Shown here one piece after another: positions 18,949 through 27,046 of a stretch of 32,000 nt of DNA; the stretch's first letter is position 1, and every line of letters begins with the position of its first letter. The stretch comes from Cupriavidus necator. GTDB taxonomy: Bacteria; Pseudomonadota; Gammaproteobacteria; Burkholderiales; Burkholderiaceae. The position numbers were made by a program, and so were the translations under genes. The DNA is taken from positions 150,001 to 182,000 of the forward strand of contig NZ_CP066020.1 of the NCBI RefSeq assembly GCF_016127575.1. Reading direction: 5' to 3'. A model generated the notes under the pieces. It did no database searches. It was not told the origin of the DNA and worked only from the letters and a program-made list of their open reading frames with translations.

Positions 18949-18984
18949 AACGCGGTTCATGCCGCTAGCGGCATGAACCGCGTT
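18949..18984. repeat. Perfect 36-bp palindrome at the right junction of the RIT composite
   Basis: AACGCGGTTCATGCCGC TA GCGGCATGAACCGCGTT, checked base by base and symmetric about 18966/18967. It spans the last 3 nt of the arm, 30 nt found only at this junction, and the first GTT of tnpC. Confidence 0.9.
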
Positions 18985-20334
18985 GTTCGAGATCGGCCAG
19001 GTTCCGTTCTCGATGTAGCGCACGAGCTTTGGCCACTGCCCATGCAGGTAGTGCAGCGCCTTGCCGAACAGGCTTTGCGGCAGTACGGTATGCAGGTGTT
19101 GCAGCAGCATCGTTTCGATCTCGGCCAGCAGCGGCTGGCTTTGTTCGGCGCGAACTTGCTGCCGTTGTTCCGGCCTCATCTCGAGCGTGTGGCGTTCGAT
19201 GGCAAACAGCTTGCCGATGCGCTGCAGGAATCCGGTGACCGTGTGGTCGGCGCGCTTGTCCTTGGGCAAGGCTTGCTCCGCCTCGACCAGGTAGCGCCGC
19301 GCGTGCGCCCAGCATCCGAGGTGCACCAACTGATAGGTGTTTGCGACGTCGTCGTATGGTGCATAGCCGTCGGTCATCAACACCGCCCCAGGCTTGATGC
19401 CGGCATAGAGAGCCGTAGCCTGCTTTGTCTCGCGTGTGGGGCTATAGGCAAACAACCGTACCGGCGGGCCCGTGCCATTCATCTGCGCCCATAGGAAGCT
19501 CTTTCTCTGGGCAGGCCTGCCGGGCTCCTTGAGCACCTGTACCGTTGTCTCATCACCGTACACGACGTCTGCTTCCAGCAGATGGTCACGCAGCAGGTTG
19601 ATGATTGGCTGCACCGCTTGGCCTACTCGCACTATGCTTGCGGCCAGGGTGCCGCGAGAGAGGTCCCCGCCGAAGCGATGCAGCAGCGCTGCCTGGCGGT
19701 ACAGCGGCAGGCCATCCTGATACTTCGAGGTGATGCACCAGGCCAGCGCCGATTCGGTAAGGAGTCCCTTGGGAATAATGCGTGCCGGTGCCGGCGTCGT
19801 CTTGATGCCGCCGTCGCAGCATGGGCAGGCGTACTTGACCCGCTGGTGCTGGATCACGCGGACCTGTTGCGGCACGATGTCGAGCTGTTCGCTGACCTCA
19901 ACGCCAATCTCGACCAGAGTCTGGCCATCGAGGGGGCAGACGCGTTCCGATTCGGGTAGTTCGTGACGAACCTCGACACGGGGCAGCGCCGGGTCGAGCG
20001 GCTTACGGCCACGCTTCTTGCGTGTGTGCCCGGCCACTTCGGTCTCGGGCGTACCTTCTTCTTCCTGCGCCGGCTGCGCGGCCGCTGCCGCCATGGCTTC
20101 GGCCTCATTGAGGAACAAGTCCTTCTGCTCCGAGCCTCGCGCCTCGCTCTTGGCGGCGAACAGCTTACGCTGGAACGCCTTGAGCTGTTCCAAGAGCAGG
20201 TCTCGCTGGACCGTCATCACACGCAGCTCGCCCTTGATTGCCTCGCGTTCCGCGAGTATTGCCTTGAGCTCGCGCTCGGCGTCTCGCAACAGTTGCAGCT
20301 CGGCGGCGGTAACGGTGACGGGCGTGGATGGCAT
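18982..20334 (-). pseudogene. tnpC: IS66-family transposase TnpC, N-terminal fragment (split gene)
   Basis: It starts MPSTPVTVTAAELQLLRDAERELKAIL (coiled coil), has Cys pairs VCPLDG...YACPCCDG, and runs on to ...YIENGTWPISNN. The track ORF tail (AVHAASGMNRVMPAPRL...) is read-through into the insertion. The 451 and 77 codons reconstitute a 528-aa TnpC. Confidence 0.85.
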
Positions 20335-20365
20335 GGCGGGTTAGACCGCTGCCGCCAAGCAGCGT

Positions 20366-20716
20366 TCACGCAGCGCGATGGTATTCTCGGTGCGGGTGCC
20401 GGCGCATCGCCTCGATGTCAATTCCCTCGAGCAGCCAGTGCAACTGTTCGACCGTCAGCGTGGCCACCGACGCCTCGCGTGGCCAAGCAAACCGGTCCGC
20501 CTCCAATCGCTTCAACAGTAGCCAGAAGCCGTTGTGATCCCAGCCGAGAATCTTGATGCGATCGGCCCGCTGGTTGCGGAACACAAATACAGCAGATGCA
20601 AACGGATCCAGCCCGAGCGCCTGCTCGACCAGCAGTGCCAGACCGTTGATGTTCTTACGGAAGTCCACAGCGTCGCGATGCAGGTACACCCGCAGCCCAG
20701 CGTCGAGGCGAAACAT
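20366..20716 (-). CDS. tnpB: IS66-family accessory protein TnpB (Orf2)
   Basis: The start is trimmed to ATG 20716. The product is 116 aa: MFRLDAGLRVYLHRDAVDFRKNINGLALLVEQ...VFVFRNQRADRIKILGWDHNGFWLLLKRLE, typical of IS66 Orf2. Confidence 0.85.
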   Translation of the reverse strand: MFRLDAGLRVYLHRDAVDFRKNINGLALLVEQALGLDPFASAVFVFRNQRADRIKILGWDHNGFWLLLKRLEADRFAWPREASVATLTVEQLHWLLEGIDIEAMRRHPHREYHRAA

Positions 20717-20753
20717 CAATGGCCTCCATTCAGGGCTTCGATCATTGCCCTTA

Positions 20754-20791
20754 GGGGTAATCGTCCTTTTCTTGCAGATTGATACGGTTAT
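20754..20791 (+). repeat. Tn3-family left terminal inverted repeat
   Basis: GGGGTAATCGTCCTTTTCTTGCAGATTGATACGGTTAT. It matches the reverse complement of 24079..24116 at about 32/38 positions. Confidence 0.85.
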
Positions 20792-20907
20792 CAATCAGCC
20801 CAGAGTCCCTTGTTGGCGTGGCGTTGCAGCCCATTCGTTGACCTTATTGCGGCCATCCGAGCACTTGTCGTACAGTTTTGACCCGAACGACACCCCGAAA
20901 AGTGTAG

Positions 20908-23847
20908 ATGTCGGCATTTGCGTATCGCTACGTTGGCAGGGAAGAGTTGCCTGCCCGCTTGACAGAATTTGACCTACGGCAGTTTTTTCAGCTCACCAGT
21001 GCTGACATCGCGGCAATACGGGAGCGGTTTCGGGCCGACAGATACGCCGCGGTCGGCCTACAACTCGTTTGCCTCCGGGCCTTCGGTCGGCCGTTGGACC
21101 GGTTTGCTGCCGTTCCGCGAAATCTCCTTCAGTACGTGTGCGAAACTTTTTCCGTGCCGCTGTTGTCGATTGCCAGTCTGAAGACGCTGTACCAACGACG
21201 CCCGACGTTGTACGAGCATCAGCAATGGGTCAAGGAGCACCTTGGCATCAAGCCGTTCGATGACACCAGCCAGGCCGCTTTGCTGGAAATGCTCCGCGTG
21301 CAAGCTGCCGCAGCGGCAGACGTGGATGAGCTTGTCACCACCGCTCAGCGATGGCTCTACGATCGCTGCCGCCTCATTCCCGGCCAGCGCCAGATCACCG
21401 ACATGGCACGGCATGCATTTTCCGCCTACGAGGCGCAAATGCTCGCAGCGGTTAACCGCGCAGTGCCGGCGGCCACGCTGCAGCACTGCATGGAATCCGT
21501 CCGCAGTCCACGGGCTGACGGCTCTGCAACGCACCTCGAGTGGATCAAGGCGCCGTCCAGGCGCAACGGCCCCAAGAACCTCGCTGAAACGCTGGACAAG
21601 ATCCGCTACCTGAAGTCCCTCGCTGTGCACGAGTGGAATCTGGATGACATCGCTTTGCCCAAACTGCGTGCCTATGCGCAGAAGGTGCAAGCAAGGCGTC
21701 CGGCCAAGACCAAAGCACTGAAGGAGAGCACCCAGGCGCTTGAACTGGTGTGCTTTCTACGGATGAGTTTGCTGGAACTCACCGATATCGCGATGCACCA
21801 GACTAGCCGACGCAGCCAGGATCTGTTCCGACGCGCGGCCAGCACGGCGCAGTCGACGCACACCCGCTCCGCCGTGGAAGACAGGCAGCAGGCGCTCAAG
21901 GCCAAGGCCGTCCTGCAAGACAAGAGCAAGTCGACCGAGCAGCGAGTGGATGAAGCCCTGAAGCACCTTGCCGTCGTCACCGACGCGGCGCATTCGAGCT
22001 TTGCGTCACACGTGCGCGCGGCGCTGACCGGTGACCATCAGCGGATTCACGCTCTGCTGTCGGGCCTGGAAGGCCTGGAATTCGGCGGCAGGGAGGACGA
22101 TCCCGGCTTTGCGAACCTCAAGGCATGGCGCGACCTGCAGACAAGGAAGCTCAATGCTCTGCCAGAAGACTTTACCGAAAGCGGCGTTGGCACGGCGTGG
22201 CATGACCTCGTCCATGATCCTGACCCAAAGCGCGGCTATCAGGCCTTCTCTGCCTGCACGATGATGTCGCTACGAAATAGCCTGCGTCGGGGCAGCGTAT
22301 GGATTGACCACTCGATGCGCTTTCGTGATCGCGACCAAATGCTCATCCCTGCCAAGGAGTGGGAGCGCGACCGTGTCAAGTATCTCGGGCTATTGGGCCT
22401 GCCAGCCGCGGCTGATACCTACATCGAACAGCTACTGGATACGCTTCGTGCTGGCGTGGCTGCTGTGGCCGAGGCCACCGCTAACGGCAAGATCGAAATA
22501 GGAGACGATGGCATGCTTCACCTGCCGGCGATTGTGCCGCTGGAGCAGGACGATGAACCGCGCCGCACACGCGACTTGATCTACAAGACAATCGGCGATG
22601 TGCAATTGCCGGACCTATTGCTGGAGGTCGACGCCTCGACCAATTTCAGCGAGGTGCTGCTCGGGCACCGGGCGAAGTCCGTGCCCGAACTGCTGTCGAC
22701 CTACGCGGCGTTGCTCGCCCATGGCACCGAGATCGATGCCAAGGGCATTGCTGCGATGATTCCCGGCATCGACACCGCCCAGGTGTCACTTGCCATGCGA
22801 GGGCTGGAGACCCATGGCCGTTTGCGCCGGGCCAACGAGGTGGTGGCTGAATTTCAAGGAAAGATCCCATTAGCCACGAACTGGGGCACCGGGCAGAAGG
22901 CATCGGCCGACATGATGTCGCTGGACGTTTCACGACATCTGTGGATCGCTCGTGTTGATCCACGTCGACGCACCTACGCGACCGGCATCTACACCCACGT
23001 GCTCGATAAGTGGGGCATCGTCTATGACCAACCGATTGTCTTGAACGAGCGTCAGGCTGGGGTGGCCATCGAGGGCGTAGAGCAGCACAACCGCTGCGAG
23101 GACCGTATCCGCCTGTCGTTACTGGCAGTGGACACGCACGGCTACACGAACGCCGCGATGGCCTGGGCAAAGGGCTTGAGTTTCGATCTATGCCCGCGGC
23201 TGCGCGATCTGTCGGAGCGCAAACTGTATCTGCCTGCAGAGTTTAAAGTGCCAGAAGGGATCGAGCGTGTCACCACGAAGCGCTTGTCCTTGAGAGCCAT
23301 ACGCCTGGGTTGGGACGATTTCCTACGGGTGCTGGCATCGATCCGTATCGGCCGCATTAGCGCTGAGCTCGCCATGCAACGGTTGGGCAGCGCTGCCCGG
23401 ACCAACAGGGCACACAAAGCTGCCGAGCATCTCGGCCGGCTGTTGCGTAGCATCTTCCTGTGCGACTACGTGACCATTGAAGACTTCCGCCGCGAAATCC
23501 ATACGTTGCTCAGCCGAGGGGAGTCGGTGCACCAGTTGCAGCGCGCGATCCATGCTGGCCGGGTGCCACACGAACGCGGCCGGCGAGGCGATGAGATGAC
23601 GGCGATCTCGGGGGCGCACGCGCTTCTGACCAACATCGTTCTGGCGTGGAATACCCACCGCATGAACGATGTCGTCGAGCGACTTCGCAAGGGCGGCACG
23701 AACATCGAGGACGCTTGGCTGCGCCGCATGGGGCCGGGGCATTCCGGGCACATCAACTTCCGGGGGATCCTCAGCTTCGGTGTCGAGCGCTACATTGACG
23801 CGCTGATCCGAGGCAGTGGCGCAACAACCCGACGGGCTATGGCATAA
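20908..23847 (+). CDS. tnpA: Tn3-family DDE transposase
   Basis: 979 aa. The N-terminus (LTEFDLRQFFQLTSADIAAIRERFRADRYAAVGLQLVCLRAFGRPL) resembles the Tn3 TnpA N-terminal domain. The size and position between GGGG-type 38-bp inverted repeats fit the family. Confidence 0.9.
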   Translation: MSAFAYRYVGREELPARLTEFDLRQFFQLTSADIAAIRERFRADRYAAVGLQLVCLRAFGRPLDRFAAVPRNLLQYVCETFSVPLLSIASLKTLYQRRPTLYEHQQWVKEHLGIKPFDDTSQAALLEMLRVQAAAAADVDELVTTAQRWLYDRCRLIPGQRQITDMARHAFSAYEAQMLAAVNRAVPAATLQHCMESVRSPRADGSATHLEWIKAPSRRNGPKNLAETLDKIRYLKSLAVHEWNLDDIALPKLRAYAQKVQARRPAKTKALKESTQALELVCFLRMSLLELTDIAMHQTSRRSQDLFRRAASTAQSTHTRSAVEDRQQALKAKAVLQDKSKSTEQRVDEALKHLAVVTDAAHSSFASHVRAALTGDHQRIHALLSGLEGLEFGGREDDPGFANLKAWRDLQTRKLNALPEDFTESGVGTAWHDLVHDPDPKRGYQAFSACTMMSLRNSLRRGSVWIDHSMRFRDRDQMLIPAKEWERDRVKYLGLLGLPAAADTYIEQLLDTLRAGVAAVAEATANGKIEIGDDGMLHLPAIVPLEQDDEPRRTRDLIYKTIGDVQLPDLLLEVDASTNFSEVLLGHRAKSVPELLSTYAALLAHGTEIDAKGIAAMIPGIDTAQVSLAMRGLETHGRLRRANEVVAEFQGKIPLATNWGTGQKASADMMSLDVSRHLWIARVDPRRRTYATGIYTHVLDKWGIVYDQPIVLNERQAGVAIEGVEQHNRCEDRIRLSLLAVDTHGYTNAAMAWAKGLSFDLCPRLRDLSERKLYLPAEFKVPEGIERVTTKRLSLRAIRLGWDDFLRVLASIRIGRISAELAMQRLGSAARTNRAHKAAEHLGRLLRSIFLCDYVTIEDFRREIHTLLSRGESVHQLQRAIHAGRVPHERGRRGDEMTAISGAHALLTNIVLAWNTHRMNDVVERLRKGGTNIEDAWLRRMGPGHSGHINFRGILSFGVERYIDALIRGSGATTRRAMA

Positions 23848-24078
23848 CTGCCATCGAACGCCGCAGAGCAAAATCTGCCACAGATTGGCACACCGCAGTG
23901 GCTCGAGGCCGAAATACGGCAGTACCTTCGCAGCGGCAGCTACGACAGCAGCTTCGCAGGCCGGCCAGGCATACTGGCGAGACAGTGCCTGCCAACCGCG
24001 TACCAATCCGCAAAGAAAGGACGGTGCAGCGCGAAACGAAGAACCGCTAAGTCATTGTTCTAGAACGTCTTTTTAAGC

Positions 24079-24116
24079 CTGACCGTATCAATCTGCTGCA
24101 AAAGGACGATTACCCC
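24079..24116 (-). repeat. Tn3-family right terminal inverted repeat
   Basis: Its reverse complement reads GGGGTAATCGTCCTTTTGCAGCAGATTGATACGGTCAG. Confidence 0.85.
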
Positions 24117-24118
24117 AC

Positions 24119-24784
24119 GATGAGCAGGCGCGCAAAACGGTCATCAACCTGCGCGACCAGTTCAACAGCTTCCAGGACACGGCGACCCAGCGAATTGAGC
24201 AGAACAGCCGCACCACGCTCGACCTGCAGAACCAGCTCGAAGGTCTACGCCAGGAACTGGCGCGGCTACGCGGCCAGAACGAAGTGCTGCAGAACACGGT
24301 GGCGACGCTGCAGAAGCAGCAGAAGGACTACTACGCCGATCTGGATGCGCGCCTGAAGAAATTCGAGCCGCAGCACGCTTCGGTCGAAGACCGCCAAGGC
24401 ACGTCGCAGCCGGGCGAGAAGCCCGAATACGATGCCGCGCTCAAGCATTTCCAGGCGGGCGACTTCAAGAGCGCCGGGAATGCGTTCTCGTCGTTTATCA
24501 AGAAGTATCCGCAGAGCCCGTACCTGCCGCTGGCCCAGTACTGGCTCGGCAACTCGCTCTACGCGCAGCGCGACTATAAGGGGTCCACCTGGGTGCTGCA
24601 CAAAATGATCGATGCCAACCCGAGGCATCCCAAAGTGCCGGACGCCATGATCGCGGTGGCCAATAATCAGCTCGAGTCCGGCCAGAAGGCTGCCGGGCGC
24701 GAAACGCTGGAACAGGTGGTGGCCAAGTATCCCGGTACCGAAGGCGCGCGTGCGGCGGACAACCGGTTGAAGACGCTGAAGTGA
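24119..24784 (+). pseudogene. cpoB: Tol-Pal system protein CpoB/YbgF, 5'-truncated by the Tn3-family element
   Basis: The frame is open from the inverted-repeat boundary: DEQARKTVINLRDQFNSFQDTATQRIEQNSRTTLDLQNQLEGLRQELARLRGQNEVLQNTVATLQKQQKDYYADLDARLKKFEP (coiled coil). A TPR-like C-terminus follows (YDAALKHFQAGDFKSAGNAFSSFIKKYPQSPYLPLAQYWLGNSLY...). The signal peptide and start codon are absent. Confidence 0.75.
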
Positions 24785-24789
24785 GCGGG

Positions 24790-24808
24790 GCGGCTTCCAG
24801 CAAGCCGC
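24790..24808 (+). terminator. Hairpin just after the cpoB stop (no U-tract)
   Basis: GCGGCTT CCAGC AAGCCGC, a 7-bp stem that starts 6 nt after TGA 24782..24784. Confidence 0.3.
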
Positions 24809-25147
24809 ACCACGCGCCGAAGGCCTGCTTTAGGTGGATTTTCAGATTCTTACGAACCCTACATTTTCCGGAGTGTGGGGTCTACGATGACCCTGAAAAG
24901 GTCCTGCCGGCTGGCTATACGGGGGGATCGTGCTTTCGCTGCAAAATGATACGCCTGCGCACGAAATTCTCGTTTGAAATCAACAATTTGCACACAACGA
25001 CTTTCCCACGAAAAGCTCTGTGCATAACTCGTTGATACAGAACGGTTTTCTTGCTGAAACCGTGGCAATCAGCACCGAAAGCACGATAACCCCTTATTGG
25101 GGGTACGATCGCTGGTCGGCGGCTACGCCCGGTTTGTGGAGCACTTG

Positions 25148-25906
25148 ATGGCGACCTTTGACGATCTGATGGATGATGCTGCCCTGCGTGGCAAGCTGCT
25201 TCTCGCGATGAGGAAGGCGCTCGTCGCTAGATTCGAAAAACTGGATTGGATTGACCTTGGATTCGAGCATGAAATTGGCATTAAGCAACGGATCCTTCAG
25301 GGTAGCCAGTTCAAGAGTAATGACGACTATCCCGATCTTGTGCATGACTTGCTGGTGCGCTTGTATAGCGAGAAGCCCGCGGTGCTGAAAGCGCTGGTGC
25401 TGCATCCGCGCTTGCAGTCGGCCATCGAGGCCGATGTGCCACAGGTGGTTGCGGCCGTGAGCGGGACGCCCCATGTCACTGTGGCGGCCGCAGACGCTGA
25501 GTCGTCGAGCGAGATCGTGGTGCGCGCGCTGCGCGACGCGGAAACACTGATTCGGTCCGGTGGCGGCGCCGAGAGCGCTGTCGACCGGCTGCATACCGCC
25601 CTGCATGGCTATCTTCGCCACGTCTGTTCGGAAGCGGGCTTGTCTTATGCGGACGGTGCGACCATCGGCGACCTCTTCAAGCTTCTCCGGGAACGGCATC
25701 CGGCGTTTGCGAACGACGGCCCGCACAAGAAGGAGGTCGATCGCATCCGGCGTGGCATGGGCCAGATCCTCGACACGCTTGGGACGCTGCGTAACCATGC
25801 CAGCATGGCGCATCCCACAGAGGCGCTGCTGGCGCGCGTGGACGCGGAGTTGACGCTAAATGCTGCGCGCACCGTCTTTAACTATATCGCGGCCACGATC
25901 GCGTGA
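25148..25906 (+). CDS. Abi_C / HEPN-like abortive-infection domain protein, paralogue 1
   Basis: The start is trimmed to ATG 25148 (GGAG 6 nt upstream). The C-terminal half, AVDRLHTALHGYLRHVC...LFKLLRERHPAF...LGTLRNHASMAHPTEALL...NAARTVFNYI, carries the RNxxSxAH (R-x6-H) HEPN-type motif that I associate with Pfam Abi_C. Confidence 0.75.
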   Translation: MATFDDLMDDAALRGKLLLAMRKALVARFEKLDWIDLGFEHEIGIKQRILQGSQFKSNDDYPDLVHDLLVRLYSEKPAVLKALVLHPRLQSAIEADVPQVVAAVSGTPHVTVAAADAESSSEIVVRALRDAETLIRSGGGAESAVDRLHTALHGYLRHVCSEAGLSYADGATIGDLFKLLRERHPAFANDGPHKKEVDRIRRGMGQILDTLGTLRNHASMAHPTEALLARVDAELTLNAARTVFNYIAATIA

Positions 25907-25953
25907 CGTCACCCGGCCTGTACCGCACCAGTATGCGGAGCCACATTCGCGCT

Positions 25954-25992
25954 GGCGCGCGGTGGGTGGGGTTGGTTCAGGTAGGTTCTGGG
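25954..25992 (+). repeat. GGCGCGC plus G/T-rich junction repeat, copy a
   Basis: GGCGCGCGGTGGGTGGGGTTGGTTCAGGTAGGTTCTGGG. The first 24 nt match copy c at 20/24 positions. Confidence 0.7.
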
Positions 25993-26033
25993 CGCCGCCA
26001 TGCCCAGTAAATGGATAACAATTCAGGGAAGAT

Positions 26034-26804
26034 ATGTTCTTGGCACTTGAAAAGCTGTTGGGGGACGATGCGAAGCGCAACAAGGCCTTTGCAACCTTTG
26101 CAAAGGTACTCGAAAGGCGGTTCTCGGAATCGGACTGGGCCAGTTTCGGGCACGAGCACAACATTGAGGAGATCTATGGCAACGACCATCTCCTGCGGTC
26201 GGCCCAGTACGGGAACTCGGACTATAGGCTGTGCATCTTGCGAACGCTCGAATTCCTTTTCGATGACTACGCCAAGGCGCTCAAGGCGTTGCTGACCGAT
26301 GCGTCGTTGCACAACACGCTCAAACGAGAGGACCCGGATCTCTACGCCATTGTGACGGATGAAGAGGTCCCGCATGTCCCCGCGAAGAAGCCACGCCGTT
26401 CGAAGCTGGAGGTGGTCAGGAAGGCTTTGCATGATGCGGAGACGCTGCTCGCATCCGGTGGCCCCACGAGTGCCGTGGATCGGGTGCATACGGCGCTCCA
26501 CGGCTACCTCAGGGAGGTCTGCGACAAGGCCAAGCTCTCGTACGGGGCGCAGCCGACAGTGACCGAGCTCTACAAGCTGATCCGCACGGAGCACCCGGCT
26601 TTCGATGCAAAGGGCACCCATGCCGAGGCGATCAAGAAGGTTGCTAACGGTATGGCCAGTACGCTCGATGGGCTGAATACGTTGCGCAATCAGGCCAGCG
26701 TCGCGCATCCGAACGAAGATCTGCTGGACGATGTCGATGCGGGACTTGCCGTGAATGCCGCGCGCACTGTATTCAACTACGTGGCCGGTAAGGTCGGCGA
26801 CTGA
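26034..26804 (+). CDS. Abi_C / HEPN-like abortive-infection domain protein, paralogue 2
   Basis: 256 aa. The C-terminal half, AVDRVHTALHGYLREVC...LYKLIRTEHPAF...LNTLRNQASVAHPNEDLL...NAARTVFNYV, is collinear with paralogue 1. The N-terminal halves have diverged. Confidence 0.75.
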   Translation: MFLALEKLLGDDAKRNKAFATFAKVLERRFSESDWASFGHEHNIEEIYGNDHLLRSAQYGNSDYRLCILRTLEFLFDDYAKALKALLTDASLHNTLKREDPDLYAIVTDEEVPHVPAKKPRRSKLEVVRKALHDAETLLASGGPTSAVDRVHTALHGYLREVCDKAKLSYGAQPTVTELYKLIRTEHPAFDAKGTHAEAIKKVANGMASTLDGLNTLRNQASVAHPNEDLLDDVDAGLAVNAARTVFNYVAGKVGD

Positions 26805-26848
26805 AGAGCCTTCTAGTGTGCAAAAAAGCCGGCGGGGCAGGGGATCTC

Positions 26849-26914
26849 GGCGCGCGGTGCGAGTCCAGCCGTGGCCGGCTGGGGTGGGTTGGGGTTGGTT
26901 GCTGGTTGGTTGGG
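26849..26914 (+). repeat. GGCGCGC plus G/T-rich junction repeat, copy b (split by about 21 nt)
   Basis: GGCGCGCGGTG ... GGGGTGGGTTGGGGTTGGTTGCTGGTTGGTTGGG. It is followed by the hairpin AATGCC-N17-GGCATT and a TTTTT run (26915..26946). Confidence 0.65.
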
Positions 26915-27046
26915 AATGCCGGCGAGTGGTCCCGGAAGGCATTTTTGAGGGACCGTGGAAGGTGAGGGGAAGCGAGATGGATCTCGTGAGCGAGAGTCCG
27001 TCTGGCGAGGGGGCGACCTGACGGCGCGCCGGGCAATTGGGCGCGT

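Larger units (their letters stand above)
15850..18951 (-). mobile_element. Outer RIT element copy R (inverted, truncated); right arm of the 3102-bp inverted repeat
   Basis: Reverse complement of 9358..12459. The ORF translations are identical, and identity starts at 15850. Confidence 0.85.
9358..18981. mobile_element. Composite insertion: intact inner RIT element flanked by two inverted truncated copies of a second RIT element
   Basis: Removing 9358..18981 rejoins tnpC in frame (ATC TCG AAC AAC | TGG TGC GAA AAC). The insertion contains nine tyrosine-recombinase genes in three trios. The left boundary is ambiguous by 3 nt (GTT). Confidence 0.85.
18982..20753 (-). mobile_element. IS66-family element, tnpB/tnpC-proximal part (tnpA reduced to about 11 codons, IS end missing)
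   Basis: It contains the tnpC N-terminal 451 codons, an intact tnpB, and a remnant ...RAMIEALNGGH* whose TGA overlaps the tnpB ATG. It is cut at 20753/20754 by the Tn3-type inverted repeat. Confidence 0.8.
20754..24116 (+). mobile_element. Tn3-family minimal element (transposase only, 38-bp terminal inverted repeats)
   Basis: It is bounded by GGGG-initiated inverted repeats and holds a single 979-aa Tn3-type transposase. There is no resolvase or cargo gene. The flanking 5-mers differ (CCTTA versus ACGAT). Confidence 0.85.

Noticed and set aside
25031-25065. TTGATAC and TTTTCTTGC sub-motifs of the Tn3-type inverted repeat
   Set aside because: The two pieces are in swapped order and are short enough (7 and 9 nt) to occur by chance in 32 kb.
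24785-25147. tRNA gene or tRNA-derived att site downstream of cpoB
   Set aside because: I could not find a T-arm (GGTTCGAAT-like), an acceptor stem or a cloverleaf-compatible pairing by eye. This needs tRNAscan-SE to be certain.
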